From IMG/VR virus record IMGVR_UViG_3300017942_000001: DNA of 64,000 nt; one strand, 5' to 3'. The notes under the pieces were generated by a model. It saw only the letters and a program-made list of their open reading frames with translations, made no database searches and was not told the DNA's origin. This document shows positions 42,518 to 54,085 of this stretch, one piece after another; positions within the stretch are counted from its first letter, which is position 1, and every line of letters starts with the position of its first letter. Made by a program: the position numbers and the translations under genes. Source of the DNA: a virus.

Positions 42518-43237
42518 ATGAGCAAGACGTTCCCGGCCGACATGGACCCGGCGTGCGTGCCGGCGTGCGCGGCGCTCTGCGCCCTGCCCGGCGTCGAGAC
42601 GACGTCGAGCTGCGAGGGCCACGGCCGGAGGCCCCCGTCGATCGAGCTGCGCGTCGCCTCGCTCGCGGCACTCCACCCGATCGCTCGCGCGATCGACCCT
42701 CGCTACTACGGGGTCGACCCGGCCTGGGAGCTGCGCGTCGAGGAGACCGACCTCGTCGACGACCGCCTGCGCTTCGTGCTCCAGACGTCGTCGACGCCGA
42801 GGGACGCCGCGGCTGCGCTGGAGTACCTCGCGCGATCGATCGCCGACGCGGCCGAGCAGATCGTCCAGTGGGAAGTCGCGCGAGGCCGCGCGGCGCGGCT
42901 TCGGATCTCGATCTTCGGCGATCGACGCCGCGAGGTCAGCGAGGTACGCGAGGTGGTGGTGCTGCCCGGAGTGGCCGTGTGCGTGGCCGACGTCGACTCG
43001 GGCCGCTTGGGCTTCGCCAACCTCGGCGCGGTCACGATCTACCTCGGGCTGCCCGACGTGCGCCGGGGAGACGCGGGCGCGGTGCACCTCGCCCCGGGGA
43101 GCCGCCTGGAGTTCTCGTCGCCTCCGACGTGGCCCCTGTACGCGATCGCCGAGGATCCGCCGCCGCGCGTCGAACCCGTCGTCGAGGATGATGACGCGGC
43201 CGGCGATCTGCGCGAGCCAGGGGAGTGCGTCGAGTGA
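42518..43237 (+). CDS. hypothetical protein with TTSSCEGH motif
   Basis: GVETTSSCEGH; only superficially Tyw3-like, function not assignable. Confidence 0.5.
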   Translation: MSKTFPADMDPACVPACAALCALPGVETTSSCEGHGRRPPSIELRVASLAALHPIARAIDPRYYGVDPAWELRVEETDLVDDRLRFVLQTSSTPRDAAAALEYLARSIADAAEQIVQWEVARGRAARLRISIFGDRRREVSEVREVVVLPGVAVCVADVDSGRLGFANLGAVTIYLGLPDVRRGDAGAVHLAPGSRLEFSSPPTWPLYAIAEDPPPRVEPVVEDDDAAGDLREPGECVE

Positions 43238-43840
43238 GCGCGGCCGGCAAGTGCGTCCTGTCCGGCGGGCTCGTGCTCAGCACGGGCAAGGACGTGCGCG
43301 TCCGGGTCGAGCTGGACTGCCCGGCGCTCGCGCCAGAAGAAGAGCGCGAGGTGGAGAGCGCGCGGATCGCGCTGCACGACCTCACGCCGATCCAGCTGCC
43401 CGAGGAGTCCGGTCCAGTCCGCGTCGACTACGACGACGACCAGCTCGACGTCGTCGACAAGATCAACGCGGCGCTGAGGTGTCACGGCCTCGCCTTCGTC
43501 GATGACGGCCTGACGCACGACGGCTACTGCATCTTCACCCTCCGCACGCGGAAGGAGGGTTCGTCATGAGCGCGTCGGCCGCACAGATCGCCGACCTCCG
43601 CGCGCTGCGCGAAGCCGCGACGCAGGGACCGCTGAGGAAGCGCTGCCTGGGGCCGGGATCGTGCCACTTCGCGATCCTGCGCGGTGACGGCGAAGAGATC
43701 GCCACGTGGTTGACCGAGGCCGACGCCGATTTCTTCATCGCGGCGCATGCCGCGATGGGTGACTTGCTGGCGTCGCCGAGCCTGCCGCGTCGAGAGTGGG
43801 ACGGAGACGACAACTTTCGATAGATCAGAAAGGAAGCGGG

Positions 43841-44425
43841 ATGAGTGAAGAGAGCATGAGCATCGCGACACCGTCGGAGAGCAACGGGAGCAACGGGCAC
43901 GCGGCCAAGAGGAGTCCGCCGTCGGTGATCTCCGGTCAGCTCCGCGACGAGCTGATCCGGATCCTCCAGACGGGTGACGACAAGAACGAGGGCGCGTTCA
44001 CCATCGCCGTCGCCGTCCAAGTCGAGAAGTTCGCCGTCGCCGCGCGCGAGATCCTGATGACGGAGAAGCTCGCCCAGAAGGACCTCGCGTCCCTCGTGAT
44101 GATGCGCAAGCCTCACTACGGCCCGTGGAACAGCGTCCTCGGCAGCGGCTTCGTCGACGACAGCATGATGATGCCCATGCCTGCACCGATCAACAACGAG
44201 AACTTCGGCGTCCAGGCCATCCGGCAGATCGTCGAGGCGGCTCGAACGATGAGTGAGTCGCCGGCGAAGCTCGTCGAGGCGCTCGCGGTCGCGCGCTCGA
44301 ACAACCTCACCGACGTCGTCGACGCCCTCGAGAAGAAGCTCGGCGTCTCGAAGGCAGAGCCGATACTCGAAGGCGTGGCGGCCAATGGGACTCCCACGCT
44401 GCCCGACGGAAGGTCCCTCCAGTGA
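43841..44425 (+). CDS. hypothetical protein, module gene A1
   Basis: NFGVQAIRQ and LVEALAVARSNNLTDVVDALEKKL resemble the 49737..50852 product. Confidence 0.7.
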   Translation: MSEESMSIATPSESNGSNGHAAKRSPPSVISGQLRDELIRILQTGDDKNEGAFTIAVAVQVEKFAVAAREILMTEKLAQKDLASLVMMRKPHYGPWNSVLGSGFVDDSMMMPMPAPINNENFGVQAIRQIVEAARTMSESPAKLVEALAVARSNNLTDVVDALEKKLGVSKAEPILEGVAANGTPTLPDGRSLQ

Positions 44426-45270
44426 AGTTCTACCTCCCGTCGTGGAACGGCGACTTCCGGCTCGAGGACGACGGCAAGGGCGGCACGAGGCTCGTCGTCC
44501 ACGACCCGACTCCGCACGAGCAGAAGATCGTCGAGGAGTTCCTGCGCCAGGCGGCGGCCAAGGGCTGGGTGAGCGTCGTCGACCGCGAGCTCGGCCACCC
44601 CTACCGCGACCGAAGGGAGATCGCGATCGAGACGAGCCTGTCGAGGGCGTCGAAGGTCCTGCTCAAGCTCGCGCGCCCGAAGAAGCAGACGCTGACGGCG
44701 ATCTCGTTTTCCGACGGCAAGCTGAGCGTCGTCGAGGGCGCCGACGAGGAGGCCGTCGAGAAGATCGCGGACGCCGTCGAGGAGGCCGCGGCGACCGAGA
44801 AGCCCGAGCAGCCCGCGAAGGCCGCGAGCGTGAAGCGGCCGACTCCGTGTTGCCCGGACTGCGAGGTCGGATCTGTCGCGCCCGCCAGCGAGGTCCTGCT
44901 CGCCTTCCTGAGCGAGGAGGAGCACGCGACCTGGGCGCGGCAAAGAGCCATCGTCGTGACGGGCGGCCTCACCGGGCACCGCTACGTCCTCGCCCACCGG
45001 CAGAGCGCCATCGCCGCCTACAACACCAAGATGTGCTTCGACCTGGACGACGGGCATGTCCTGCACTTCCACGACAACAGCGTGCCGCCCGAGGAGGAAG
45101 TGCTCGCCGCGAAGCTGATCCTGGAGCACCGCGAGCCGTGGCTGCGCAACGAGGCCACGCTCCTCGAAGGCTACAACATGAAGTTCAAGAATCCGTTCGG
45201 AGGTCTCGGCGACGGCGTCGAGAGCACCGCCCTCGTGAGCGCGATCGGCCGCTTGGTCAGGGGTGACTGA
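44422..45270 (+). CDS. hypothetical protein, module gene B1
   Basis: YLPSWNGDFRL, RPTPCCP-C, GGLTGHRY, LHFHD-SVPPEEEVLAAKLILEHREPWLRNEAT shared with 51292..52167. Confidence 0.8.
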   Translation: MKFYLPSWNGDFRLEDDGKGGTRLVVHDPTPHEQKIVEEFLRQAAAKGWVSVVDRELGHPYRDRREIAIETSLSRASKVLLKLARPKKQTLTAISFSDGKLSVVEGADEEAVEKIADAVEEAAATEKPEQPAKAASVKRPTPCCPDCEVGSVAPASEVLLAFLSEEEHATWARQRAIVVTGGLTGHRYVLAHRQSAIAAYNTKMCFDLDDGHVLHFHDNSVPPEEEVLAAKLILEHREPWLRNEATLLEGYNMKFKNPFGGLGDGVESTALVSAIGRLVRGD

Positions 45271-45670
45271 CGTGACCACGACGACCGACCCGAGCCCCGT
45301 GGTGCACGTCCTCTCGCAGGAGGGCCAGCCCTACGGCTCCGAGCGCCGCTGCTGCAACCACTGCGGCGCCATGATCTGGGGCGCGTCGGCACTGCTCCAC
45401 GTCGACAACTGGACCGACTGGCGCGAGAACCCGAACAACTGCGGAGCGTGGGGCTGGGGTGCGCTCGTCGATCGCGGAGAGGTCCGGACCACGACGACCG
45501 ACCCGGGTCCCGTGGTGCACGTCCTCTCGCAGGAGGGCCAGCCCTGCGGCTCCGAGCGCCGCTGCTGCAACCACTGCGGCGTCATGATCTGGGGCGCGTC
45601 GGCACCGCCCCACGTCGACAACTGGGCCGACTGGCGCGAGAACCCGAACAACTGCGGAGCGAGGCGATGA
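45263..45670 (+). CDS. protein made of a duplicated Cys/His/Trp domain
   Basis: Two copies of about 175 bp (RRCCNHCG...WRENPNNCG). Confidence 0.7.
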   Translation: MTDVTTTTDPSPVVHVLSQEGQPYGSERRCCNHCGAMIWGASALLHVDNWTDWRENPNNCGAWGWGALVDRGEVRTTTTDPGPVVHVLSQEGQPCGSERRCCNHCGVMIWGASAPPHVDNWADWRENPNNCGARR

Positions 45671-46013
45671 GACTGACGGACGACCAGTGGCGCGACTTGC
45701 TCCGGCGGGCGCACGTCCACCACGACGGCTGCTACGGGCGCTACGAGCCGTGCGGCGAGCACCACGCGCACGACGACGAGTGCGGAGCCCGGCCGCTGTG
45801 CTGCGGGCTGCGCGAGGACGCGCCGCTGGTCGTCGCGCTCGACGAGCTGCGCGAGCTGCGCGAGCGCCGCGCGGACGCCCTGACCGACGAGGAGCGCGAG
45901 GCCCTGACCACCGCGCGGGACGTCTGCTCCGACTCCGACGTCCTCGACTGGGACAGCTACGACCAGAAGAATCGGGCGATCGCGGTCCTCGATCGCGTGC
46001 TCAGGGAGGCGAC

Positions 46014-46262
46014 GTGACCTCGCGCGAGACGATCTACGCCCAGATCGAGGCGGAGCGCCTGCGCCAGATCAAGAAGTGGGGTGACGCCGACCGCGACGAC
46101 CACCGGCCCGGCCGGTGGCTGCGCCTGATCGCCGAGCACCGCGACCGCGCGATCCGCGACAAGCGCCGTCCCGACGCGTTCCGGCACCAGCTCGTCGTGA
46201 TCGCCGCCCTGTGCGTCGCGGCCGTCGAGGCCCACGACCGCAGGCAGGGGACGGTCCCGTGA
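46014..46262 (+). CDS. small MazG-like helical protein
   Basis: IEAERLRQIKKWG and QLVVIAALCVAAVE pattern. Confidence 0.5.
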   Translation: MTSRETIYAQIEAERLRQIKKWGDADRDDHRPGRWLRLIAEHRDRAIRDKRRPDAFRHQLVVIAALCVAAVEAHDRRQGTVP

Positions 46263-49200
46263 GGCTGCGACAGCACCTGACCTACCGTCTCGGCGCCGCC
46301 GCGTTCGACGTCGCTCTCGTCGCCCTGGTGATGGCGAGGCGCGAGCTCGGCGTCGGGTTGATGATCGGCGTCGTCGCGGGTGCGATCACGTCGGCGATCC
46401 GCGATCAGCGACGCGCCCGACGATCGCCGCTCTCCGAGGAGACCCTGTCGTGAGTCCTCAGCAACTCCCCGGCCCTCCGATCCGCGACGTCACGCTCCGC
46501 GAGATGCTGGAGGCGATGGCGCACTACGACGACGACGCGACGTTCCGGTGGTTCCAGACGTCCGTCACGAACGGTCGCGGCGAGCCGCAGGCGACCGACA
46601 CCCTGCGCGTCACGATGCGGCAGGCGCGGCTCGAGGTGCCGCGGTGAGCGCGCCGTACCGCGAGGTGGACGCCGCCGCGAGGCGGCGGGCCGCGATCCGC
46701 GAGGCCGCGCGCGTGCGCGACGCGCTCGACGGGAGCGATCGCTTCTTCTGCGTCGCGAGGCATCCCACGACGCGGCAGTTCCAGATCGGATCGTCGCAGG
46801 AGATCATCGACGCGATCGACGGCTGCCTGCGCGAGCTGGAGGCCTCGTGAGCGGCTTCCACACGGCCACCCTCTGCGCCGACTGCGACCCGCCGGTCGTC
46901 GCGATCTCCACGGGCTACGGGTCGCGGTGCCCGAGGTGCGGTCAGGTCGACGAAGCTCGGCGCGATGTGCAGATCGCCACGATTGACGACGGTCCCCTGG
47001 CCCGTCGGGTCCTCGTCGACACTGCGCTCCGGTCCGACGGCGACGCCTACTTGCTCGCCGAGCTCGCGCGGCGATTGCTCGATCGCGCCGGGAAGGCGAG
47101 CCGATGAGGTGGCGTGACTCGATCAAGGGGCTGTTCGGCGACGCTCGTCGGATGATCGACGAGGCCGAGCATCACGCCACGACCGCGATCGACGACGCGG
47201 AGAAGGAGATGGCCGAGGCCGAGCGCGAGGCCGCCTCCGCGGAGCCCGGCGAGACGGTCACGACCCGGCGCGAGGAGGTCCGGGCCGACGGCACACGCGT
47301 CGTCACCACGGTCACCCGGACCCGGACGTGCGTCGTCACCACGGAGCGGAAGTCGTGATCGCGCTCTGGGAGGCCCTCGCCGACGGCAGCCTGGCCGGCA
47401 CCGCGATGCTGGGCGTCATCTGCATCGCGATCCTGATCGGCCGGCACCTCCGGCGCGACCCGGTGCCGCGTCGCGGGACTCGCCGGCACCGCGAGGACTT
47501 CGCGCACGAGACGACCGACGGCGTCCCGCTCGGGCTGTCGGCGGACTACGACCGCCTGCCCATGATCGAGCGCCCGTACGCGTACTACTGCATGACCTGC
47601 GACGCGCTTCACCTGGACGGGGAGCGTCGCATGTCCAACGGCAGCCACGTGCTCGCCATGATGTGCCGCGACTGCCGCGAGGTCGGCCGGGCGCGCTGGA
47701 TCGCGGAGCACGGCGCCGATCTGCCGCGCGCCGTCGCGAGGCACCGGTGAGGGCAGCTCGCAAGACGGAGGCAGCTCCTCCGCCGATCGATGAAGACGAT
47801 CCGCCGCCGAGGAGGCGCCCGAAGTTCTGCCCGTGGTGCGGAGGTGCCTCGGTCGTCAGGCGCTGGGTGCCCAACAAGCTGTTCTCGATCCACTCGAGGA
47901 TCGGCGTCCGCGTCGCGCACGTCTGCCTCTCGTGCAAGGTGGCGGTGCAGGCGCGCGCGTTTCCGTCGCGCCCGCTGTTCGAGACCAAGCGCGAGGCGCG
48001 GGCGGAGGCGGAGCGTGCTCGCGACGAGCTGGAGGCCAGCGGGTTCGACTCGGTCTACGTCCAGAGTCTCTACGAGCGCGGGAGGTGCACGTGCGCCGGG
48101 CGCTCGGCACTCTTGCCGAGGCGCCCGTGCCCCCAGCACGCGCCGCTGCCGAAGAGGAGTCGTCGATGACCGAGGAGAAGGCTGACATCATGCTGGCCCT
48201 CCCCTGCATCGAGCGCTGCGGCAAGAGCATCATCGCGCGGCTGCCGCTGGAGGCCGTCGCGCTGGAGGCCGTCCTCGCCGCCAAGGACTGGTTCCTGTCG
48301 GTCATCACGCCGCCGGGCCAGCAGGTCGTCACGGCGGTTCTGTGCCCGACCTGCGCGAGGAAGGTCCACGCGCCCCAGGTCCTGGCCGAGATGCGCAGGC
48401 GCCGGAAGGACATCCCGTCGTGAGACGCGACGACGTCGACTTCGACCAACTCGAGCGCGACTCCCTCAACGTCGACTGCCCGAGTTGCGCCGCCGCCATC
48501 GGCGCGCCTTGCGTCGAGTACACGCACTACGTGCGCGTCGCTGCCGCGCATGGTTGGCATGCCTTGACTTGGGATCAACTCTGGAGACACGCGCTAGAAG
48601 CCCTCAAGAAAGGAGAGTCGTGACCACCGACGACCAGATCCGAGAGATCTCGACCGGCCTGACCGGCGCGCAAGCGGACGCGATGGAGACGCCCCTCGTC
48701 CACGACGCCCTCGGCGTCTGGCACGACCTCGCTCGCGCGCTCGCGGGCAAGAACGGCTACGGCGGCGACGTCGCCGAGATCTACGCCTACCGGCTCGTGC
48801 CGCCGTGGCTGCGCCCGTACAACACCACCGAGGAGGCCGAGGCGCAGGCGCCGCTGGCCGGCAGGAACCTGACCAGGATCCTGCGCCGGTTCGCCGACCT
48901 CCACGAGGGGACCACCTTCGAGATCGAGGAGGGACGCGGCGTCTTCGCCGCGATCGACCTCGGCGAGGGCGGTGCGGGGTGCCCGCCGTTCTCGCACCGC
49001 GTCCACCTGCGCGTGTCGAACGTGCCGCGCGCACGGCGCCAGTTCGCGGAGAGCCTCCTGGCCCTGTGGAACCGCGCGGAGAGCCTCCTGGCCCTGTGGG
49101 ACCGCGCGCACGACCTGAAGGCGCTGCTGCCCGAGCCGGACTTCACCGCGTGGTCCGGCGCGACGAAGGACCTCCTGATCGCGCTCGGCCTGGAGTGGGA

Positions 49201-49736
49201 CGCGGCCAGCGAGGCGTACGTGATCCGGAGGAAGTCGTGACGCTCCCCCAGGCCGTCGCCGAGGCGCTGCGCCTGATCAGCAGCGACGCGCGCGTCGTCA
49301 CCGCCGAGATCGAGGTCCTGAGCAAGACGTTATCCGATACCGTCCAGTATCGCTTCGTGAAGGACAAGCAGAGCGAGCGCAGCTACCGCGTCGAGCGTCG
49401 CAAGATCATCGTGAGTGAGAGCACCACAGGCGTCGGCCAGTGGGCCACGTCGCCCGGCTTCGACGTCGACGACGTCCTCGGCGAGTGTGTACGCATGAGC
49501 ATCACGCTGCCCGCTCAGGACGCCCCCGCGCCGGGGCCCTTCCCCAACTTCTTCGACCTCGTCGAGCTCGTCTCGGCGCAGCATCGCCACGCGCTGGCCG
49601 ACGTCCGATCGCTCCGCGCCGATCGGGACAAGCTGCGCGGCGTCGTCGAGGCGCTGCTCGCCGTGCTCGGCAAGACGGTCCCCGCCGACGAGATCGCGCG
49701 CTGGCGCGAGTTGGCGGGTCTGCCGGAGGCTCCGCC

Positions 49737-50852
49737 GTGAGCCTGGTCGAGGAGGTCGACGCGCGGCTCAAGAAGATCCGCTGGCAGCAGGAGATCGCCC
49801 GGCGCGGTCAGGAGAGGAGGCAAGACGTGTCCCCAGAGCTCGCAGATGCACTTCGCAACGAGATCCGCGCCGCGCTCGACGCGGGCGGGCAGCCCTTCGA
49901 CGTCAACGTCGCTCGGCGCGTGTACGACCTCGCGATGGCCGCGCGCGACATGTGCGTCGCCGCGTCGACGAGCGTCAAGGAGGCCGTCGACCAGATCAAG
50001 GAGACCAACGGTCCGATGGAGAGCCTCCAGGATCCGGACGCGCCCGAGCCCGCCGCGCAGGCGGCCGAGACGTTCGGCGCTCGGATCCTGCGCGAGCTGA
50101 TCGCGATCGTGCCCGCGATGATGCGGCAAGGCGGCGGCGACGACCCCCGCGGGCTCGTCCACGCCATCGCCGAGGCCAGGTCGCGCGGCATGAGCGACGT
50201 CGCCGACGAGCTGGAGAGGAAGCTCCTCGGCAAGGCGCTCTCGGGCCCCCGGCCGGTCGACCTCGCCGTCACTGCCATTCGGTACGGCAGCTTCGAGCAC
50301 GGCTTCTCCGACGGCAAGCAGAACCTCCAGCCCGCGGTGGACGATCCGGACTACAAGGCGGGCTACCTCCGGGGCACCGAGGAGCGCTACCTCGCTGCCG
50401 CGCAGGAGGCCGTCGAAGAAGACCACGGCGCGGCGATCGCGCGGGACGTCCGCCTCGGCCGCACCAGCCAGGAGATCCGCGACGAGATCATCGCGAAGGT
50501 CGGGATGATGGGCGCCGCGAGGACGCCGGAGATGCAGGCCCGCCACGACGCGGCCGTCGAGCGCGAGCGGGCGGCGGCCCAGGAGCCGGATGAAGATCCG
50601 CGGGTCGTCGGCTACCAGGGCGGTCCGAACATCCCGGCCAGTCGGCGCGTCCTCGACCACGGCGGGCGCTCGTTCGAGCTGAGGACGCTGGGTCGCCTGG
50701 ACGACCTGAACGTGTACGTCTGCGGCTGCGGTCGGCCGATCCGGCAGTTCGACAAGGACGCGCTCGACTGCCCGCAGCGCCCGCCCACGCTCGTGACCAT
50801 CGGCTACGAGCCTCTGGTGGGGAGCCTGCTCTACGGAGATCGCGCGCCGTGA
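49737..50852 (+). CDS. hypothetical protein, module gene A2
   Basis: ETFGARILRE and LVHAIAEARSRGMSDVADELERKL resemble A1, with a C-terminal extension. Confidence 0.65.
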   Translation: MSLVEEVDARLKKIRWQQEIARRGQERRQDVSPELADALRNEIRAALDAGGQPFDVNVARRVYDLAMAARDMCVAASTSVKEAVDQIKETNGPMESLQDPDAPEPAAQAAETFGARILRELIAIVPAMMRQGGGDDPRGLVHAIAEARSRGMSDVADELERKLLGKALSGPRPVDLAVTAIRYGSFEHGFSDGKQNLQPAVDDPDYKAGYLRGTEERYLAAAQEAVEEDHGAAIARDVRLGRTSQEIRDEIIAKVGMMGAARTPEMQARHDAAVERERAAAQEPDEDPRVVGYQGGPNIPASRRVLDHGGRSFELRTLGRLDDLNVYVCGCGRPIRQFDKDALDCPQRPPTLVTIGYEPLVGSLLYGDRAP

Positions 50853-51291
50853 GGGCTTCGAGAAAGACGTGCGCGGGTTGGGAAGTCGTCTGCCCGGATG
50901 GGCGCGTGCGGCACTTGCCGTATCACAACCTGGGCGACGCCAAGAGCCACGCGAGGTTCGCGTCCGACCCGGTCCACTTCGCGAAGCGCGGCTGTCGCCT
51001 GGCACCCAAACCAGGCCGGCTAGAGCGCCAGCAGCCGTCGTGTCCTGGCGGGAAACACGCTGTCCGCGCCGTCGTGCTTGAGCATCAGGCAGGTGCGTCG
51101 TGATGAGACCGGGCACGTGGTGGATCGCGTCGAAGAAAGATCCGCGCTGGTCCGCGCACGGCCAGGGCGACGTCGGGATGTTCGCGACGCCGACCGAGGC
51201 CAAGGCCAAGCTCGCCGAGCTGACGAAGATCTACGGTGATCCGCCGGACGACCTCGAATTCGGCTACATGAAGGACTGAAAGGAGACCGCG

Positions 51292-52167
51292 ATGCGCGCT
51301 TGGTACGTGCCCTCTTGGAACGGTGACTTCCGCCTCGTGCCGGGCGACGACGACGAGACGTCCAAGCTCCTCGTCATGCAGCCGACGCCACACGAGGTCC
51401 AGCTGATCAACAGCTTCCTGACCAAGGCCCACAGGAAGAAGTGGACGGACGATCTGCTCTCCGAGGACGACGCCTACGACACGCTGACGATCGTGCTCCG
51501 GGCCCCCATCACCAAGACGGGTCCCCTGCTCGTCCGCGTGACCAAGCCAGCCGATCGCACGCTGACCGCGGTCAGCTTCAAGAACGGCCGGCTCGAGGTC
51601 GCCGAGACCGGAGCGCTGGAGACGATCGTCGCCGAGGCTGCCGAGGATCCCGAGGCCAAGGCCGTCTCGGTCGCGCGCCCGACGCCGTGCTGCCCGCGGT
51701 GCGAGGTCGGCGCGGTCGATCCAGCGCGGGAGGTGCTGCTCTCGTTCCTGAGCGCGCAGGAGCACACGGACTGGTCCGAGCACCGCGCGATCATGGTGCG
51801 GGGCGGCCTGTCGGGGCATCGCTACCTCCTGGCGCACCGCAGGTCGCAGACCGCCGCGCGCCTGGGCAAGATCTGCTACGACCTCGACGACCACTGCGTC
51901 CTGCACTTCCACGACGCGAGCGTGCCGCCCGAGGAGGAGGTCCTGGCCGCCAAGCTCATCCTCGAGCACCGAGAGCCGTGGCTGCGCAACGAGGCGACGG
52001 TCCTCCAGCAGGGAAGAGACGGCCGGTGGGTCGACCTCGGCTTCTCGCGCTACAAGAACCCGTTCGGCGACGCCTCCGACGGGCGCGACGACGCGGCGGT
52101 CACGGCGATGGTCGGGATGGTCGGCGAGGTCGCGGCACGAGCGCTGCGGGCGGCGAAGTCGTCGTGA
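51292..52167 (+). CDS. hypothetical protein, module gene B2
   Basis: Paralog of 44422..45270; ATG after AAGGAG. Confidence 0.8.
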   Translation: MRAWYVPSWNGDFRLVPGDDDETSKLLVMQPTPHEVQLINSFLTKAHRKKWTDDLLSEDDAYDTLTIVLRAPITKTGPLLVRVTKPADRTLTAVSFKNGRLEVAETGALETIVAEAAEDPEAKAVSVARPTPCCPRCEVGAVDPAREVLLSFLSAQEHTDWSEHRAIMVRGGLSGHRYLLAHRRSQTAARLGKICYDLDDHCVLHFHDASVPPEEEVLAAKLILEHREPWLRNEATVLQQGRDGRWVDLGFSRYKNPFGDASDGRDDAAVTAMVGMVGEVAARALRAAKSS

Positions 52168-54085
52168 ACGAAAGGCGGTCGAAGCTACCACTGCTCGTGG
52201 TCGACGGCGTCGACGTCAACGAGTCCGCCCACCGCCTGGCCGACCAGGCGATCGCCGAGATCGAGGTCCTGAAGGTCGGCGCCAAGCGACTCGTCGCGGT
52301 CATCGAGTGCTTGTTCGTGTGCGAGGACGCCGGCGCGCAGCTCCCGCCCGAGCTGGTCGACCAGATCCTGAGGGGGATGGACGACCTGATCGTCGCGTGG
52401 CAGACGAGCGTGCCCAGGAGAGGATCGTCGTGAGCACGGAAGCGTGGCCGCTGAGGATGCGCGACGAGATCGAGCGGATCAAGTGCCGTCGGTGCGGCGC
52501 CGAAGTCGGCGCATGCTTCAAGCCGCAGGACGCCGCGGCGATCGCCGCGATCCAGTTCGACGGCGATCGCGAGGGCGCGCGCACGGAGTTCCACTTCGAG
52601 CGCGTGCTCGACTACGTGCAGCCGGACGTCGTGCTCACAGTGAGGCTGATGAAGGAGGAGATCGCATGACCGCGCGCTTCCGCTCGTTCAAGATCCAGAT
52701 CCTCTCGAAGGGCGACGGCTTCCAACTGGAGTTGGCCGACGTCGACGGCAGGGCCATGCTCATCATGACCGACGTCGGAGAGCCGCTCGCGCCGGAGACC
52801 TACGCGCAGGAGGCGTACGGCATCGCCGACTCCTTCAGCGAGTCGGAGATCCGGCAGGTCGGTGAGGAGCTGCGGCGACGGCTGGTCGATCGGCGGACGA
52901 CGAGGCAGCCGTGACCGACGACCTCTCCCGCCGCGGCCTCGACCTCGAAGGATTCGCGCAGGCGCTGCGAGTCGCCCACTGCGCCAAGGCGGGCGATCAT
53001 CCGTGCGTCGGCACGTGCACGATCACGCCGAGCGGCGTCGAGCTCCAGTGCAAGGTCTGCGGCGAGGGTCGCGAGCCCGTCGCGCCGGCCGAGTCACTCG
53101 ACGAGGTCCGGGTGGCCAAAGTCGCGCTCTCGGGTCTGGGCGTCGACTGGGACGCGATCGCGCCCGAGACCCAGCGGCGGATCTACGCCCTGGTCAGGGC
53201 CACCGACCTCGTGCGGCGGCGGGGGATGCCGTGACGGCCGACGGACCCTACCGCACGCCCGCCGTGCCAGCCGTGTCCGCGATCGATCTCCTGGCGGATC
53301 GCATCGCGGTCCTGCGGGAGAGGATCCGTGCCGCGTCCTGGTGGCAGCGGCGTCGCCTCCGGCGTGATCTGGAAGGGCTCGTGAAGGAGCACGCCGACCT
53401 GACCTCGAAGGCGCGCATCGCGAGGATCGAGCAGCTGATCGCCAGGGCCAACCGCGCCTTCCGGGAGCGACGCGATGGGTGATCTCGCGCTGCGCGTCCC
53501 CGACGGCTGGACGCTGGAACCGATGCGGGGTGCGCGGGACGTCGTCGTCCTGACCGCGCCGAAGATCGGTGGCGCGACGATCGACTTCGGGAGGCGCGGC
53601 TTCCGCGGCGGCTTCTACGTGCTCAGCGGCCGGTTCGTCGGCGAGGAGCTGACCCACAGGGGGAGCAGGCGCAAGAAGTACGAGGGCCGCGGCTGGAGGC
53701 AGGCGATCGTCGACGACGCGGTGGCGTGGCTCCAGGCCGCCGGACCCGCGTCTCACCCCGCGCGCTCGTAGAGGCTCACGAACTGCGGGCGGTCGCCCAG
53801 GCACGTCTCGTGCGGATGATCGGCCTTCCGCCGCAGGCAGTAGTAGCAAGTGATCCGCATCAGGGCCTCGAAGCCTCGAAGCGATCGAGGGCCGCTGCGA
53901 GCGCGATCGACAGCGTCTCGCCGTTCGCCGACGAGGCACCGACTTTGGAGTGGTGGACGATCACAGAGCACGAGGGCTCGATGAACCTTCGCTCGTCGTC
54001 GCGGTACTTCACCGTGAGAAGCGGATAATTGAGGCGCCTCAGTCGTGCCTCCAACTCGGTCAGCTCGCTCATCGATGGTTCCTCC

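Larger units (their letters stand above)
36816..53771 (+). other. about 17 kb plus-strand block of coupled small phage ORFs
   Basis: Continuous GTGA/ATGA chain. Confidence 0.75.

Noticed and set aside
42518-43237. Tyw3 tRNA methyltransferase
   Set aside because: Only TTSSC matches; following residues and domain context do not fit
45276-45660. Diversity-generating retroelement TR/VR pair
   Set aside because: Differences include C/T changes, many AAC codons are unchanged, both copies lie in one ORF, and no reverse transcriptase is in the window
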